Below are positions 1 through 12,194 of a DNA stretch of 64,000 nt, piece by piece. Both the position numbers and the translations under genes were made by a program. Where the stretch lies: the NCBI GenBank assembly GCA_002633005.1, contig NMRA01000033.1, positions 684,233 to 748,232 on the forward strand, in the 5' to 3' direction. The notes beneath the pieces are model-generated. The model did not search any database and was not told where the DNA came from. It worked only from the letters and a program-made list of their open reading frames with translations. How positions within the stretch are numbered: the stretch's first letter is position 1; every line of letters begins with the position of its first letter. The stretch comes from Phoronis australis (taxonomy: Eukaryota > Animalia > Phoronida).

Positions 1-385
1 ATGGCAACTAAAAAGTAGAGTTGAAATCATTTGTGAACTCCATCTCATTTCCTGTAGACGTGTTTTATCTTCAAGGGTATTCATAGGACCAGAAAAGATT
101 GTTGATGAAAGGGATATTTTTTGTAACATGTAGTTATGACGAAGTCAAAACTTCTTATTTGGTTGCCCAAATTCAGCAACTGCCTCTTGATATATTTGTG
201 ACTAAATGAGTGCATAACATTATGGAGAGACCTTTTAGGGTCAAAGCTTTGCCCATCTCTATCACTGCGCCACCTTTACTGCTGACTGACCCTGTGAATG
301 GGTGATGAAATGCATTCTTGACACCTTGTAATTTGGTGCCAAACAGTCTGCTCTTGATAGTTGCAACACTCACAAACCGCGGAGG

Positions 386-1448
386 CTTTTTTATGCACCT
401 ACATATTTATATGTGGATGCATTATGCCGTCATCTGTACATCCGTCTGTCTGGCGTCTGCTGCTCTATCTCCAAAACCCTTTGACGTACATTCATGAAAT
501 TTTGCACTTAAGTTCCTTTTATGGATGGGACAGCATGAGCGAACTTTCAGACAGATCCGACTACCGGTGTGCCCCCAAGTGGCAATTTTATTTTTTTATG
601 CTTACCTTTATATCCTCAATGGTCCTCGACGTATTTTCATGAAATTTGGAGTATAGGCATCTATTGGTGATGTGACGCTATTCTCATGTCTTCGAATGGA
701 TTCAACGTAGTTTGCACCACCCAATGGCCCTTTTTGCTGTTTTCGAGTCTGTTTTTTGGCGTCCACCCCTCTGTCAACCAAACTGTCCTAAGGATGACTG
801 TGAAAATTGGCATGCATCTTCTTGCTATGAAGAGGACGGCTGACGGTGATTTTACGACAATTTCGACTACTGTGGTGCCTCCAAGTGGTAGTTTTAATTT
901 TTTCACGCCCATGGCTGTATGTGCTAAGCCGTTGGCAGGATCTTTGCTAAATTTAGCAAGTGTATTTATGTGATGTTGACAACAGATGACAACAATTTTC
1001 GGACGGATATGTGTGCCCCCTAGTGACAAGTTTATTTTTGTATGTTTACCACTGTATCTTCAAAGGTCCTCAACGGATTTTCAGAAAATTTGGAATATAG
1101 GCATCTAATGGTGAGATGATGGTATCATCCCGTTTTCGGCTGGAATCGAGGTACTTTGTGCCACCTAGTAGCCACTTTTCCTGTTTTCAAGTCTGTTTTT
1201 TGGCATCCACCCCTCGATCGACCAAAACATTCTAAGGTGATTTTGAAAATTGGCGTATATGTTCTCAGTGTGAAGAGGACAGTTGACGATAACGAATTTG
1301 ACTGCTGTGGTGTCTCCTACTGGTAGTTTCTGCAAATTTTGCCATGCCTCGAGGTGTCAGTAGTTTTAGTTGTTGATGCTATTTGCTGTGGGCAAGTTGA
1401 CACACCTGTGACAACATGCCCCACTTTGTCCAGGTAGTGTTACTTGTT
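386..1448 (+). mobile_element. Helentron/DINE-1-like non-autonomous element (HINE) with ~145 bp internal tandem repeats
   Basis: Starts TTTTATGCACCTACATAT...hairpin...GTCY-like microsatellite (ccgtctgtctggcgtctg) and ends ...ttacttgtt; homologous (reverse orientation) to 36338-38056. Confidence 0.7.
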
Positions 1449-2262
1449 CTGGGATAATTTGCCGTAGCACAATTAACAGCGAGTTCACAAACCTTCGGAC
1501 AAGCAATAAGTATTAGCTGCCTTCATTTGCACCTCTGTTTTCTTCTATTCTTGGCATGTTTAAGTATTTTGATAATCACTTCATCAAGATGTAGAAATGT
1601 CCAAAAACTTCACAGGAGAAATCAAAAAATTAACAATTTCAAAACCCAGTAAATGTGAAAGTTTCAACCTTCATTGTGTCGTATGGTGTCTTGTGTGTTG
1701 TGTGGATGTTCAGCTGACTGAGGGCAACTTGCAATAGTTGTGGTGGAAATAGTAAGATTTATTCTGGATAAAGCCTTATTTGCTATTAATTGTTCTCCCA
1801 CAGGAAAAATCAGGAACCCCAACTGTGTTCATTTGATACATTTCACTACTGGACAACCTCAGCGTCTATGTATTCTCCCATAGGGAAAGAGACCTGAAAA
1901 GGTTCAACTGTATGTAGGTTAATGCTTGGGAGGCATTATACACTGAGGTCACAAATTATCGCACCGGCATTTTACGTAGCCCACCTGATAAAACACCCAT
2001 GAGCATTAATTTGGAAAATTATGCCGAATAAATGCTCATGGTGTTACAACTTCAGCTGTTAAGTGTCCAGATTGTGGGACGTTTATCTGGAAAAATTCCT
2101 GTTAAAAGCCCACTCAGCGTCAAGTTTTAGTCATAAATTCATTTTTTTGGAGCATTTATCATTTATAAAAATGAGCGAACGGTTTTGGCAAACTGAGCAT
2201 TTGTAAAGAATGGACAATTGTGAACATAGTCTGTTACATTGCTGGCATCAGTGTTCAGCGAT

Positions 2263-2711
2263 TGTTGCCGGGACATTTATAGTAAATGAACTGTTGTGTT
2301 GGCTGAGTGCATTCAAATGTTTGACCTGGGTATGGCAGTCGAGAGCCAGCCGTGACACGGTGTAGATGTGTTTAGAAACTGTTCAGAGAAAGTGGAATAT
2401 TTGTGTAGACAGTGAAGACTTGTGACATTCAGCGGACAAAGTGGGGACTGCAAGGTGATGGTGTTCACTGTCGAATGCTGAAAGGAAGGCTCTGACCACA
2501 AGTGACTGTGCACGAACTGTATGAAATGATAAGCTGAACTCTGGCTCAGTGATATTAGTTTGGGTGCCACATGAGAGTGGTCGACCCAGTTATGAAACTT
2601 ATTAGTGTTTGTGTGTAAAATGTTCGTTTAATGTTGAAGCTTCATTAAATATTGTTTCTTTTAAACTTGTTATTTTCTACTGAATTGTCTCACTAAAATC
2701 ACGTCGTGACA
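2263..2711 (+). mobile_element. Possible solo LTR
   Basis: TG...CA ends (tgttg...gtcgtgaca) with ATTAAA ~65 bp before the end; no clean TSD. Confidence 0.25.
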
Positions 2712-3831
2712 GCATTTATTAACATGAGGTTTAAAAACGCAGTTTTAAGTAAAAAATGTCAAACTATGACTTTCTGTTTACGCGTACCCTTTTTCTGAGT
2801 AAACGCCCGGCCGTATATTTGGTGTTACTAAAACGCCTGAAAATTATCGTTTTCCGAATACACGCCCATGGGCTTATCTACAGAAAATCCCAGTGTGACA
2901 AGGATTTCCCTGGGTGTTCTTGCAATTTGTCTCAGTCCTGGCAACTGGTAAGGAAATTCAAATTTCACACTTCAGGGTTGTTGATGTGTGTATGTCTACA
3001 ATCTTCGTCTCTTCTTTTGGAATAGTGGAATGTATATCACTTTGGTATTTAACCTCTGTATCTTGGATAGTGATAAAAATACCACCATGGGTTCAGGAGG
3101 CTTCCAATAAACACAGTCTACAGTCTTTTTCAAAGCCTTTCAGTATAACCAGTGAAATATAGTCTCGTGCTATCATGGCATGTCTTGTTTTGGCTCAAAT
3201 TTATCTCACACTTTTAACGTTTTGATACAAACTATTTTCTATTTGTTGTCCTTATATTTGAAACATCACAGGAAGTCTAACTATGAACATCTTTTCCACA
3301 CTGCTGTGACAAAACTGCTGCATATTTCTGTGAGTTAATGAAGAGCACAGATATTTTTGATTGAAATCATTTTTGTAAGATTTCCTGCAATAGTGACTTA
3401 TAGAGGTCCCGCATTTTAAGAACCAGTTTGACTCCATTATTAAGCGGAGAAAACTGGTTCTCAAAATGTGTTTCTAAGTGACTACTACTATGTTTGCATC
3501 ATTACCATCTTCATTTTCTGGCATAAAAATTCTGTGTGCTGCCATTTGTTCCGTTTTCCATTTTTGAAAGTTTACCACATACATTATATATGGCCGATTT
3601 TTTTATGTTTTATGACAGTCATAGTAGAGCCTTTTTTCATGATTTTTGTTAAGAAATATGACAATTGCATGTATCTATGTATATACATACCGTTTGTATA
3701 TGTAATAAACTGATCACACTTCTTGTCCCCATTGTGTCTTGACCATTGTTCAATACTAATGTTAGTTTTGAATTGTTTAATCAGCAGAATTTTATATCCT
3801 ATTTTCAGATCTCCAGTCTACAAGCTACAAT

Positions 3832-4597
3832 ATGAGTGCAAGTGACGATTCTTCTGCAATCTGTCATCTGGCTGAAAACGGCACTGTTCAAAGTTTAGCT
3901 CAAAACAGCACTGTCAAAACTTTAGCTGAAAACGGTGCTGTCGAAAGTGCAACAGAAAACGGCACTGTTCAACATTCAGCCAAACGCAGTACTGTCGAAA
4001 GTTCAGTTAAAAACAGTACTGTGGAAAGTTCCGGTGAGAACAGTGCTGTGGAAAGTTCCAGTGAGAATGATGCTGTTCAAAATGAAAATGGTAACGCTGA
4101 AGGTTTGTATAGTGAGGCTTCTGCCCCTCTGAAATTGGTGACTGATATTAAATTGGCTGACAAGATTTGCCACCAAGTTGGAGCCTGCAGGCAAACAAGT
4201 ATAGCAGCTGCCAGCGTCACTAGTACTCCAACCACACCTATGACTCCACCCATTTTCGGAGTTGGGGAGGAACCAAAGTCAGAACAGGAAATAATGGGGC
4301 AGTTGAAACAAAATCTCACCCATTTGCTGTATAATGACGACTTGACGGACACTGTCACATATGAGAACCTTAAGGTCATCAAGATGTCCACATCATCTGT
4401 GGAGGACGCTGAAGTAAGGCTGAGGATTGCTGATGCAACATATAATTTGGGAATTGTTGATGTTTTGAAGCACCTGTATGACAAAACAAAGGGGGATCAG
4501 TTTCTGAGTGACCGACAACCTATCGCTTTGAAAAACCTCATGCTCCTATTAGGAACCATCTGGAACATGTCGAATATGTCTGTTAGGCTATGTCAAG
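3832..4597 (+). CDS. ARM-TIR-SAM gene coding exon 1 (9-aa repeat tail and start of ARM region)
   Basis: Acceptor ttttcag at 3802-3808 precedes ATG 3832, so a 5' UTR exon lies upstream; donor G|gtaagt at 4598, phase 1. Confidence 0.85.
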
Positions 4598-7500
4598 GTA
4601 AGTCATATCTTGGTTGTAAGACCACAATTAAATTCCTAAATTTTGATTTCGCAAGCATGGTGATCTTCTAGGTTTGCACCGGTGTTTTGGGGCATTACAT
4701 TACAAGCACTGGAGTTGAATGACAAGTCACTGACTAGTGCTGATTAGAATGTCATCATCAGGTCCACAGTCAATTGTAGTATGTGCCAACCTTACAACCT
4801 TAGTCTTCACACCACAGTGTATTTATTAGATGTATGACTTCAATTTAACAATGTCTGAAGACTTAAATGACTTACGTTTTGATACTTCAGTAACTGTCAT
4901 TAGGTCAAGTTCCACGTCCAATCAAGCCTTGTTCTGGTGGTGAGGAACAAAGGTTTTTCTTAGTTATATCACCGATTAATACTTAAAGAACACCAGTTCT
5001 GTAGCCCATCAGGGGTTGCCACAATCTCAGAATGGACTATTACCTATTTTAATGCTTTAAATGCAACCGCTCTAGCTTTCAGCCAAAGCATACTGAACGA
5101 ATGAATGGTTTCTTTGATTGTGTCTTCAGGAATAGTCGACAACAACGGTCTACAGACTCTTCTCTCCATACTTTCCCATCCCAGTATGGATGTGTCTGAA
5201 CTGACTCACAGCAAGGCCAAAGTCTATATTGCAAAGGCGTGTATCGGATCCATGCATAACATTATTCGTAAGACGGATAGTCGAGAGATGTTCCGACTAC
5301 TTCACGCCGTAGTCATATTACAGCGTTATGTCCAGGATGTAATCGTCATGGTGAAGCTGAAGGCTTTGATCGTCCTGTCTTATATCATCGATGAGCAAGA
5401 AAATGAGGTTCTCAATGCTGGCGATAACAATATTGAGGTGATGGTGAAAATTCTCAATTCATGTGTCTACTCGGATGGGCATGTGTCGAAGAAGTATGGT
5501 TATGACGTGGTGGAGACAATCTCTGCCTTAAACAGATTGGCTATAAATGATATGAATAAGGAGCGACTAGTGCAGTATGGAGCCCTCACTCTGTATGTGG
5601 AGTTACTGAAGGACTTGAATCAGGAGGAAGAGAATCTGCTGGCTGCCAAAGGGTTGTGGATTCTGGCGTTCTCAGAGCAGAACAGGCGAAGGATTAGACA
5701 ACAAGATGGTTGCATCTCGGGTGAGTTCAAGGTTACCAGGCTTAAGGCAAATGCCAGGTTTTTGTTCCATTTACAGGAATCGGCACAAGACCTCTAAATT
5801 TGTAATGCTTCAAGCAGTTGTCCTGTGCAAAATGAAAAGTTAGTAACTATGTGCAATCTGACACAAGGAAACAGGTCAGTAGCTATGTCGTCCTAAAATG
5901 CTATGTTTAGACTATGAGGTTAGAAAACCGACATCTATTTTTTTGAATGCGGAGCATGACAAATGACACATTAAGCGTCGAGGGATATTTTTCCAACTTT
6001 TCTACCAAATTCTTTCCTGTTTCACACAGTTCATCAGTAACCCTTTGTTGGCATTGGAAGATCGAACAAATTTGTATAGAAGCAGACGTGTAACACCCAA
6101 GTGCATGAAAACGAGCTTGTTTGAAAAAAGTTCCCCTCAGATGTGATGCACTGTGGATAAACATTGCATTTTTTGAAGAGAGCAAAATGTATTCTCGAAT
6201 ATGACTGTCAGCTTAGTATTTTATATCAGTTATGTAACTCCGAAATATACCCTTTTTTCCTACACCATTGGTGGTATGCACCTCTCGAAGTTTTGACAAA
6301 TGTTGAAAATTAGTTCAATTCATTGCACCTCCAGCCTTAAAGAATGCCCTGCAAAACAGCCCCAGTGACTCTGTCAGACAGGCGTCAGAGGGCGCTCTTT
6401 GGATCATTGAAGGACAGAATCAACCTGAACAAACAAGAGTAAAGAGATTGCACACGACTGCTAGAGTACCTACAGGTAAATAACAAATGTAACTGTTACA
6501 TTGGGACATGCATGTATTTCAGTGGTGGGTCTTGTTTAGTTTCGATTTTGCGAAGACAAAAGAAATACTGGTGTTCAAGATAACATTTTTTGTGCAGTTT
6601 CATGGGAGTATTTTCAGCATGTTAAATTGTATCAAACTTTTTTATCTTGGTTGGAAAGTCGCTTGTTTTTAGGACCCCAAAAACCCATGCAACCTCAGTT
6701 TTACATTCCAGTTCTTGTTAGTAATATTGCTAGTGTTATGTAACACTTAGTGACATTTCAAGATACCTGTCACATAATTAATGTAATCTGATTAGTAATC
6801 TTCTCTGTCAATGACCTAAGGTCTGGATGTCATCTATACCTTTAGTTATGATTTTCTTTTTTCAAAGTGCTTACAATGTCCCATTGAAATCTTATAGTAA
6901 AGATGCATTCATGAAAGTCATCGTTTGGCAGTTTTTCTTAATGTCGGTGAATTGGAATTTACTATGATGTTAGTAGACTGAGATGCATGGTCATTTTAGC
7001 CCAATGTATTTTGAAAGAAATGTCTTATTAAAGAAAGAAAGCTTGCCAGTGGTATTGGGTGGCTTTATGAGAGTGTGGTTTGAAAAAAAGAACACGCCAT
7101 TGGTCTTTTGACGTGAAAGTGAATCAAAAGTTGGGGATAGCCTTATAACCAAAAGAATGTGACCATTTTTTTTAGTCCTGTAAATTTACAATTGAATTAC
7201 TGAGAAATAATATTTTGTTTCTATTGTTGAAACTTTGTCTTCTATGCAAGCCGCTCAGTTGTTTTATTTAAATTTTGTAGATTCCAGTGAGATTATCTCC
7301 CAGCCACATGTGATGATCAGCTACCAATGGGCTTCCAAGTCTATTATGACGAAAGTGCGCAATTATCTCCGTGAAGCTGGTTATAACGTGTGGATGGATG
7401 TTGATCACATGAGTGAGTTGTATACTATAACCAAACATCATTTGTTTAAAATAACTTTATATTTAGTGATATTAGATCAAATTATCTTCAAACTTCATGC

Positions 7501-10500
7501 AACTCAAGTTCGGAGTGACAAAACTACCAGAAGAGGCCATTGACATACTTTACATGTTCATTTCACCTGCGTGCTCTCCTTCTCCATATTAAGAGGTATC
7601 TAAAGATTTCCACAGTAACCGTAGTTTGCGCTGTATCTGTCTTTTCGATATTATAACAATGACACATACAGTCTCTGGTAAACCTAAGTGACATACACCA
7701 TTATTATCCATGATGTAAACACTTCAATGCCACGTATAGCTCATCTTTGTGGATTAGTTTCGTATTTTATGGCCTTTAAATCTGGTGAGTTTGCTATACC
7801 TAATGTTTTTCATGATAACTCTCTCTACTAAAGTATGGAGTTCATTGGTTGCTTTTGTGTCTTCATTCAAGGCCTCAAATTTCTTAGTTTTAATTAATTA
7901 ATTATTGAAGGTGACAGTTTTGATTTAATATAACTATTGACGTGCTTTTATTTGCAAAAGGATGTCACAAAATTTAATATTTCTGATACTTCTCTCATTA
8001 AGCCAAAAGTACCAGAGACAAAAGTGAAATTCCCCGTCATCATAACGACTGGGCATAATGTCAAATTCATCGTCAGAGGCCTTTCTCTCGTGACCCAGAA
8101 TGAAGGGAGATTAGCAGGAAGGTTATTAAGATGGCTAAGACATTGTGTAATTAGGATTTTTTCCCTGATAATATCTTAATACTATCCACTTTCGCTGTTG
8201 ACCGAATTAGCCATCGTGACTAGGAAATTGTCGGATTACTTTTGTCTTGTACTGTACATGGCCTATTGATTACTTTTGTCTTTTACTCACAAGTGTTTGA
8301 GTGTTAAGTCTTATTCAAGTTTGAGCGTCAGCTTCTGTGAATTTTAGGAAACCAAAAGACAGACATGTGAAACCTGAGTATGGGGCCAGTCCCTTAGCAG
8401 TGACTTGAAAACATTTGGTTTGACATGTGCTTCCTAAAGTCTGCTGGGAGACTGTTTCGTGTGACATGCATATTACTATTCCTGAAAATGTTTTTTGACA
8501 TTCAGCACAGTGAGGGTATGCTTGGAATTTGACCTATTTAACCCTCATGGCGGACATTGAAGGTTCATGCTGTCAAATTCCTAAGAAAGAAAGTTCACCT
8601 TCATTGTTATCATGTTATATACTGCGCACCAAAACTTGGCAAGATGGTCAGTCTTTGAAAACTAAGAAAATGAATTTTTTGCAATATTGTTTGTGCGAAA
8701 TAACCGGGGGATAACTCTGTGTAGCTACGTTTTACTTGTGAGTCTCTCCTGTTTTGTTTTGTATTGTTTTTAATATTGGCCGTGACATGCTCACACTGTT
8801 TTGTGTTGTCACTGTTTTTAGGTGGTTCCATTCTAGAAGCCATGGCTTTAGCTGTTGAGAGAGCTGATATAGTTCTTGTGTGTATGTCGCAGAAGTACAA
8901 AGATAGTCCCAGCTGCCGGACAGGTAATGGTTATATTATTCATAAGGCAAGTTTGTCATGATGCATCGTCCCGAGTTGCCAGCACACCTACTTGGGTCGG
9001 TAAAAATTCCTGAACAAACGGCAAGTTGTTGTCACGCACATACACAAAATGATTCACTCTTTTGATAGACATGTGATTACTGAAATGATTTGAATACTTA
9101 CTGACTGGTTATGCTTTGCTGGTTTGAACTGTTTAATTAAGTAGTACATGTTTCATCAGTTTTGCAAAATTGTCGTCAATATCAACCCTTTAATAATGAT
9201 TGCTTTCACTTAAGCTAATTGCTTTACAATTAACATTTTATTTTTAAACTGTGCTCGACCCTTAGCATAAGGTCAATGCGCCAAATGCGACCTTGCAAAA
9301 TTCCCAGGGTGTCAAACAGGAACTGAGGTTGCCAAAACAAGGAAACTGTCAGTTGGCATAAGCGGAAAGTGAAATAAACGAGATACTTGAAATAAAATAC
9401 CGGTGCACCTGAGATTGCCCAGTCTGCAGGTTTTATGTAATATTTTTAGTTGATCAAAAAAATTAAGTGTTTCACTAATGACTGAATTCCCCCTCTGGGG
9501 CCCAGTATTCCACGCAGGCTCACTTCCTAAGGCAGCAGCAGGTGATCAACATATGTTGCCTGCGCATGACTCATAAACGAGCCATTGCGATTTTTGCCTA
9601 ATGTTTCTGACTTCTATCTGTTTACTTCCTTTAGTATTTTTAATGTGAACTCGGATGTGTGCGTGGTGACTTCGTGGCAACTTAGGATTTTTACCGGGTC
9701 ACCAAACAAAATCTTGGACTGCATTAGTGACCTATTCTGTCATTGTTAATACAAAAACTCTTGCTGTTATTAGTTTTACAAGTAGTAAACTAGATTAATA
9801 GTTAAAAGATAATTATAAGTCTTAGTTTTGGTATTATGATCATTATTATTGTTCTATTTGCTTGAAGCTAAAGTGTGTTTTATTTTCAAATTTTCAATAT
9901 TTTTCTCACTGATAATAAGAGACCAGCTGAATGACCTGCTAAATGAGTCACTTTCTAACCACACACTTCCTCTTGTCATTAGAATTCCACTTGTCAAACC
10001 AAAAATTAACCCTTCTTTCCCACATGCACCTGTGCTTGCAGAGGCTGAGTACACATATAGATTACAGAAGCCTATTATACCACTGAGACTGCAGACTGAC
10101 TATATACCCGATGGATGGCTGGGTATTATGGTAGGCACTCGCCTCTACTTTGACTTCAGCTGTGAGACGCGGGTACGTGGTAACATGCCTTACTTGATCA
10201 AGGAGCTCGGCAATCGAGGAAAAGTTGTGGACAGAGTCGATGGTATGTAAATTGCAGTTCAAGCCTGATGAATTAGTATTAAGTACTGACCTTGGACAGG
10301 AAGCAGTTACCTTTAAACTCGAAGTAAAGACCCTAAAACACAAAGCAGTGATCTGACATATTAGCTGCTGAGTCAGTGCTAGACGTCTGAAAGTAACTAG
10401 CCTCAGTCATTATTTAATATTTTTTAATCGAGCCTGCAGTCAAACCCAGAAATTTAGTTGGTATTTTATTTTTCTGAAAAGAAAATTTTAATTTAAATGT

Positions 10501-12194
10501 CAGAGTCATTGCTGCTAGTTATAGATTAATACTGCTCAAGTTGAGCTGTAGACATTATGCTTTATGTAGTGTGTTCTGTACCTCAGTCACTCAAAGTCCA
10601 AAGTATGGTGAAAACAAGTTTGGTTGTGGTATTTTTCATTCAAATCTGAAGTAAAACATTTACACCTCATTTTATACCTGGATTTAATATCCATACTGCC
10701 TGTTTGAATGCAAAAGTTCAAAAGATATTCGTATTTGCAAAACTGGGAGCAATTTGGTCAAAGCCTTACGAGTTAGAGATGAAGTGTCACTCCTCAGTAA
10801 TTTCTGATTTGTAATTTTTATGGATAATTTGCACGATAAGTGTTTTACTTGCACTGAATAATTGGATGAAATCGCTGATCAGGTAGAGAAACAGTGGGTG
10901 TCAACTAATGGCCACAGGAATGTCAAAGCATTAGTTTGTATTAATTTTGTCTGTTGGGTACAATATCTCAAATTTCATGTCTCTGCAGGTCCATCTACCA
11001 TGGCAGCTGTAGATGGGTCCCAGGTATTGACTAACCTACCCTATCCACCTATAAGGTCCCACTTGCCTGCCTTCCCTCATACTAAGGCCATGTCTCCACA
11101 CGGGTCACCCAATACTGAGGTGATGGGAGCCAGTGTTATTGTTGATGAGTGGTCTGTTCGCGAGGTGCATACATGGCTCTCCAAGCACGGACTTATGCAC
11201 TTGACTCAGAGGTATTTATCTATACTGTTTCTTTAGTCATTGCCGGTTTATTTTGAAAAACGTGGGATTTGTTATCACAAATATTTTTTCAAGGAACACT
11301 ATACGAGGGTACAAAATGTATCAAAAATATTCAATGAAGCTAAATTTATAAGTAGAAATCCAAAATGTGGGTAAAAATGATGACCAGTTTGATATTTCAA
11401 ATTTTCACTTCCTGCCTAAAACCGAGGTGAGTATATCTCAGGCTTCAATTATTGTATCAAATTTTTATGTTTTACTTTTCAAAAATACTTGGGACCCAGT
11501 TGATCAGTGTTTTGCTCTTAGAAAGCATAGTCATTAAATTTGTATTTTGTAGTGAGTGCCTTCTTTTGCTCATTCTGACCATGGATTATAGACAACAGAT
11601 TCGTAACATTTTCTTGCGTACTATCCTAGATGAGGCACCACCTAAATTATCTGTTCCAGTTTCCAGTTAGTGTATTGTGACAACACAACAGCCGACCATA
11701 ATTAGCAGATAACGTACTTGTGGGGAAATAATACCAGATAATTTGGCCAGGTGTCGCTGGTGAATAACGACGTCATTCTGTAAGAGCACAGATTTCATCC
11801 ATTGAAAGTATACGGAGTTGGCAGTCCATGTACTATAGTCTATGTTCTGACAAAGCCGGCTGCAGAGAGGCAGAAACTATCAACTTTGATCAGGAACACG
11901 ACTCAAGTGTGACGCCATCTATGGGGCTGTGGCTAACAGTAGTCTATGTTTTGCTGGTTTCCACTCGGTTTTTTCCCAATTTGATATACTAAAACCTACC
12001 GTTGTGTTACACGGCCCTCGTATTTACATTTGTTTGTCTCCAGGTTACATGGTGTCAATGGTGATTTACTGTTGGAGATTAAGAAGATGTACACGTACGC
12101 ACCAGAGTTCTTCTACAACATGGTGAGAACAGAACTGGAGCTCAGTTTCCTGGATATTCTGAAGTTCACTAGAGCTTTGGCGCAAATTAAATAA
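3832..12194 (+). CDS. Spliced gene (8 coding exons, 768 aa): ARM-repeat / TIR_2 / SAM-like cytosolic TIR-domain protein
   Basis: Exons 3832-4597, 5130-5720, 6335-6475, 7281-7412, 8822-8923, 10042-10242, 10989-11211 and 12044-12194 all have AG/GT boundaries and join in one frame to TAA at 12192-12194. ARM-like helices (TIWNMS, GSMHNI, ALNRLAIND.NK, AAKGLWILAF, SEGALWII), TIR box1 HVMISYQW, and SAM-like WSVREVHTWL..HGL. Confidence 0.9.
3871..4086 (+). repeat. 27-bp (9-aa) coding tandem repeat, about 8 copies
   Basis: AENGTVQSL/AQNSTVKTL/AENGAVESA/TENGTVQHS/AKRSTVESS/VKNSTVESS/GENSAVESS/SENDAVQNE. Confidence 0.85.
5130..5720 (+). CDS. ARM-TIR-SAM gene exon 2 (ARM repeats)
   Basis: tcttcag|G ... 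G|gtgagt; 591 nt, matches ORF 5105-5797. Confidence 0.9.
6335..6475 (+). CDS. ARM-TIR-SAM gene exon 3 (end of ARM region)
   Basis: ctccag|... ALKNALQNSPSDSVRQASEGALWIIEG...PT G|gtaaat; not in the ORF track. Confidence 0.85.
7281..7412 (+). CDS. ARM-TIR-SAM gene exon 4 (TIR box 1)
   Basis: ttttgtag|...PHVMISYQWASKSIMTKVRNYLREAGYNVWMDVDHM A|gtgagt. Confidence 0.9.
8822..8923 (+). CDS. ARM-TIR-SAM gene exon 5 (TIR core)
   Basis: tttttag|...GSILEAMALAVERADIVLVCMSQKYKDSPSCRT G|gtaatg. Confidence 0.9.
8990..9702. mobile_element. Possible MITE in intron 5 of the TIR gene
   Basis: Imperfect terminal inverted match cggtaaaaattcct / aggatttttaccgg. Confidence 0.35.
10042..10242 (+). CDS. ARM-TIR-SAM gene exon 6 (TIR C-terminal half)
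   Basis: cttgcag|...EAEYTYRLQKPIIPLRLQTDYIPDGWLGIMVGTRLYFDFS...G|gtatgt. Confidence 0.9.
10989..11211 (+). CDS. ARM-TIR-SAM gene exon 7 (linker and start of SAM-like domain)
   Basis: ctctgcag|...DEWSVREVHTWLSKHGLMHLTQ AG|gtattt (phase 2). Confidence 0.85.
12044..12194 (+). CDS. ARM-TIR-SAM gene last coding exon (rest of SAM-like domain)
   Basis: tctccag|G LHGVNGDLLLEIKKMYTYAPEFFYNMVRTELELSFLDILKFTRALAQIK*; frame differs from ORF-track 11929-12126. Confidence 0.85.

Noticed and set aside
361-1029. ORFs 361-642, 661-1029, 686-973 and their look-alikes at 37495-38188
   Set aside because: Chance translations of the non-coding HINE repeat; their similarity reflects the DNA repeat.
3832-12194. 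Calling the + strand gene SARM1
   Set aside because: Domain order is ARM-TIR-SAM with one SAM-like domain, and the TIR sequence is TIR_2-type without SARM1 signatures; no symbol assigned.
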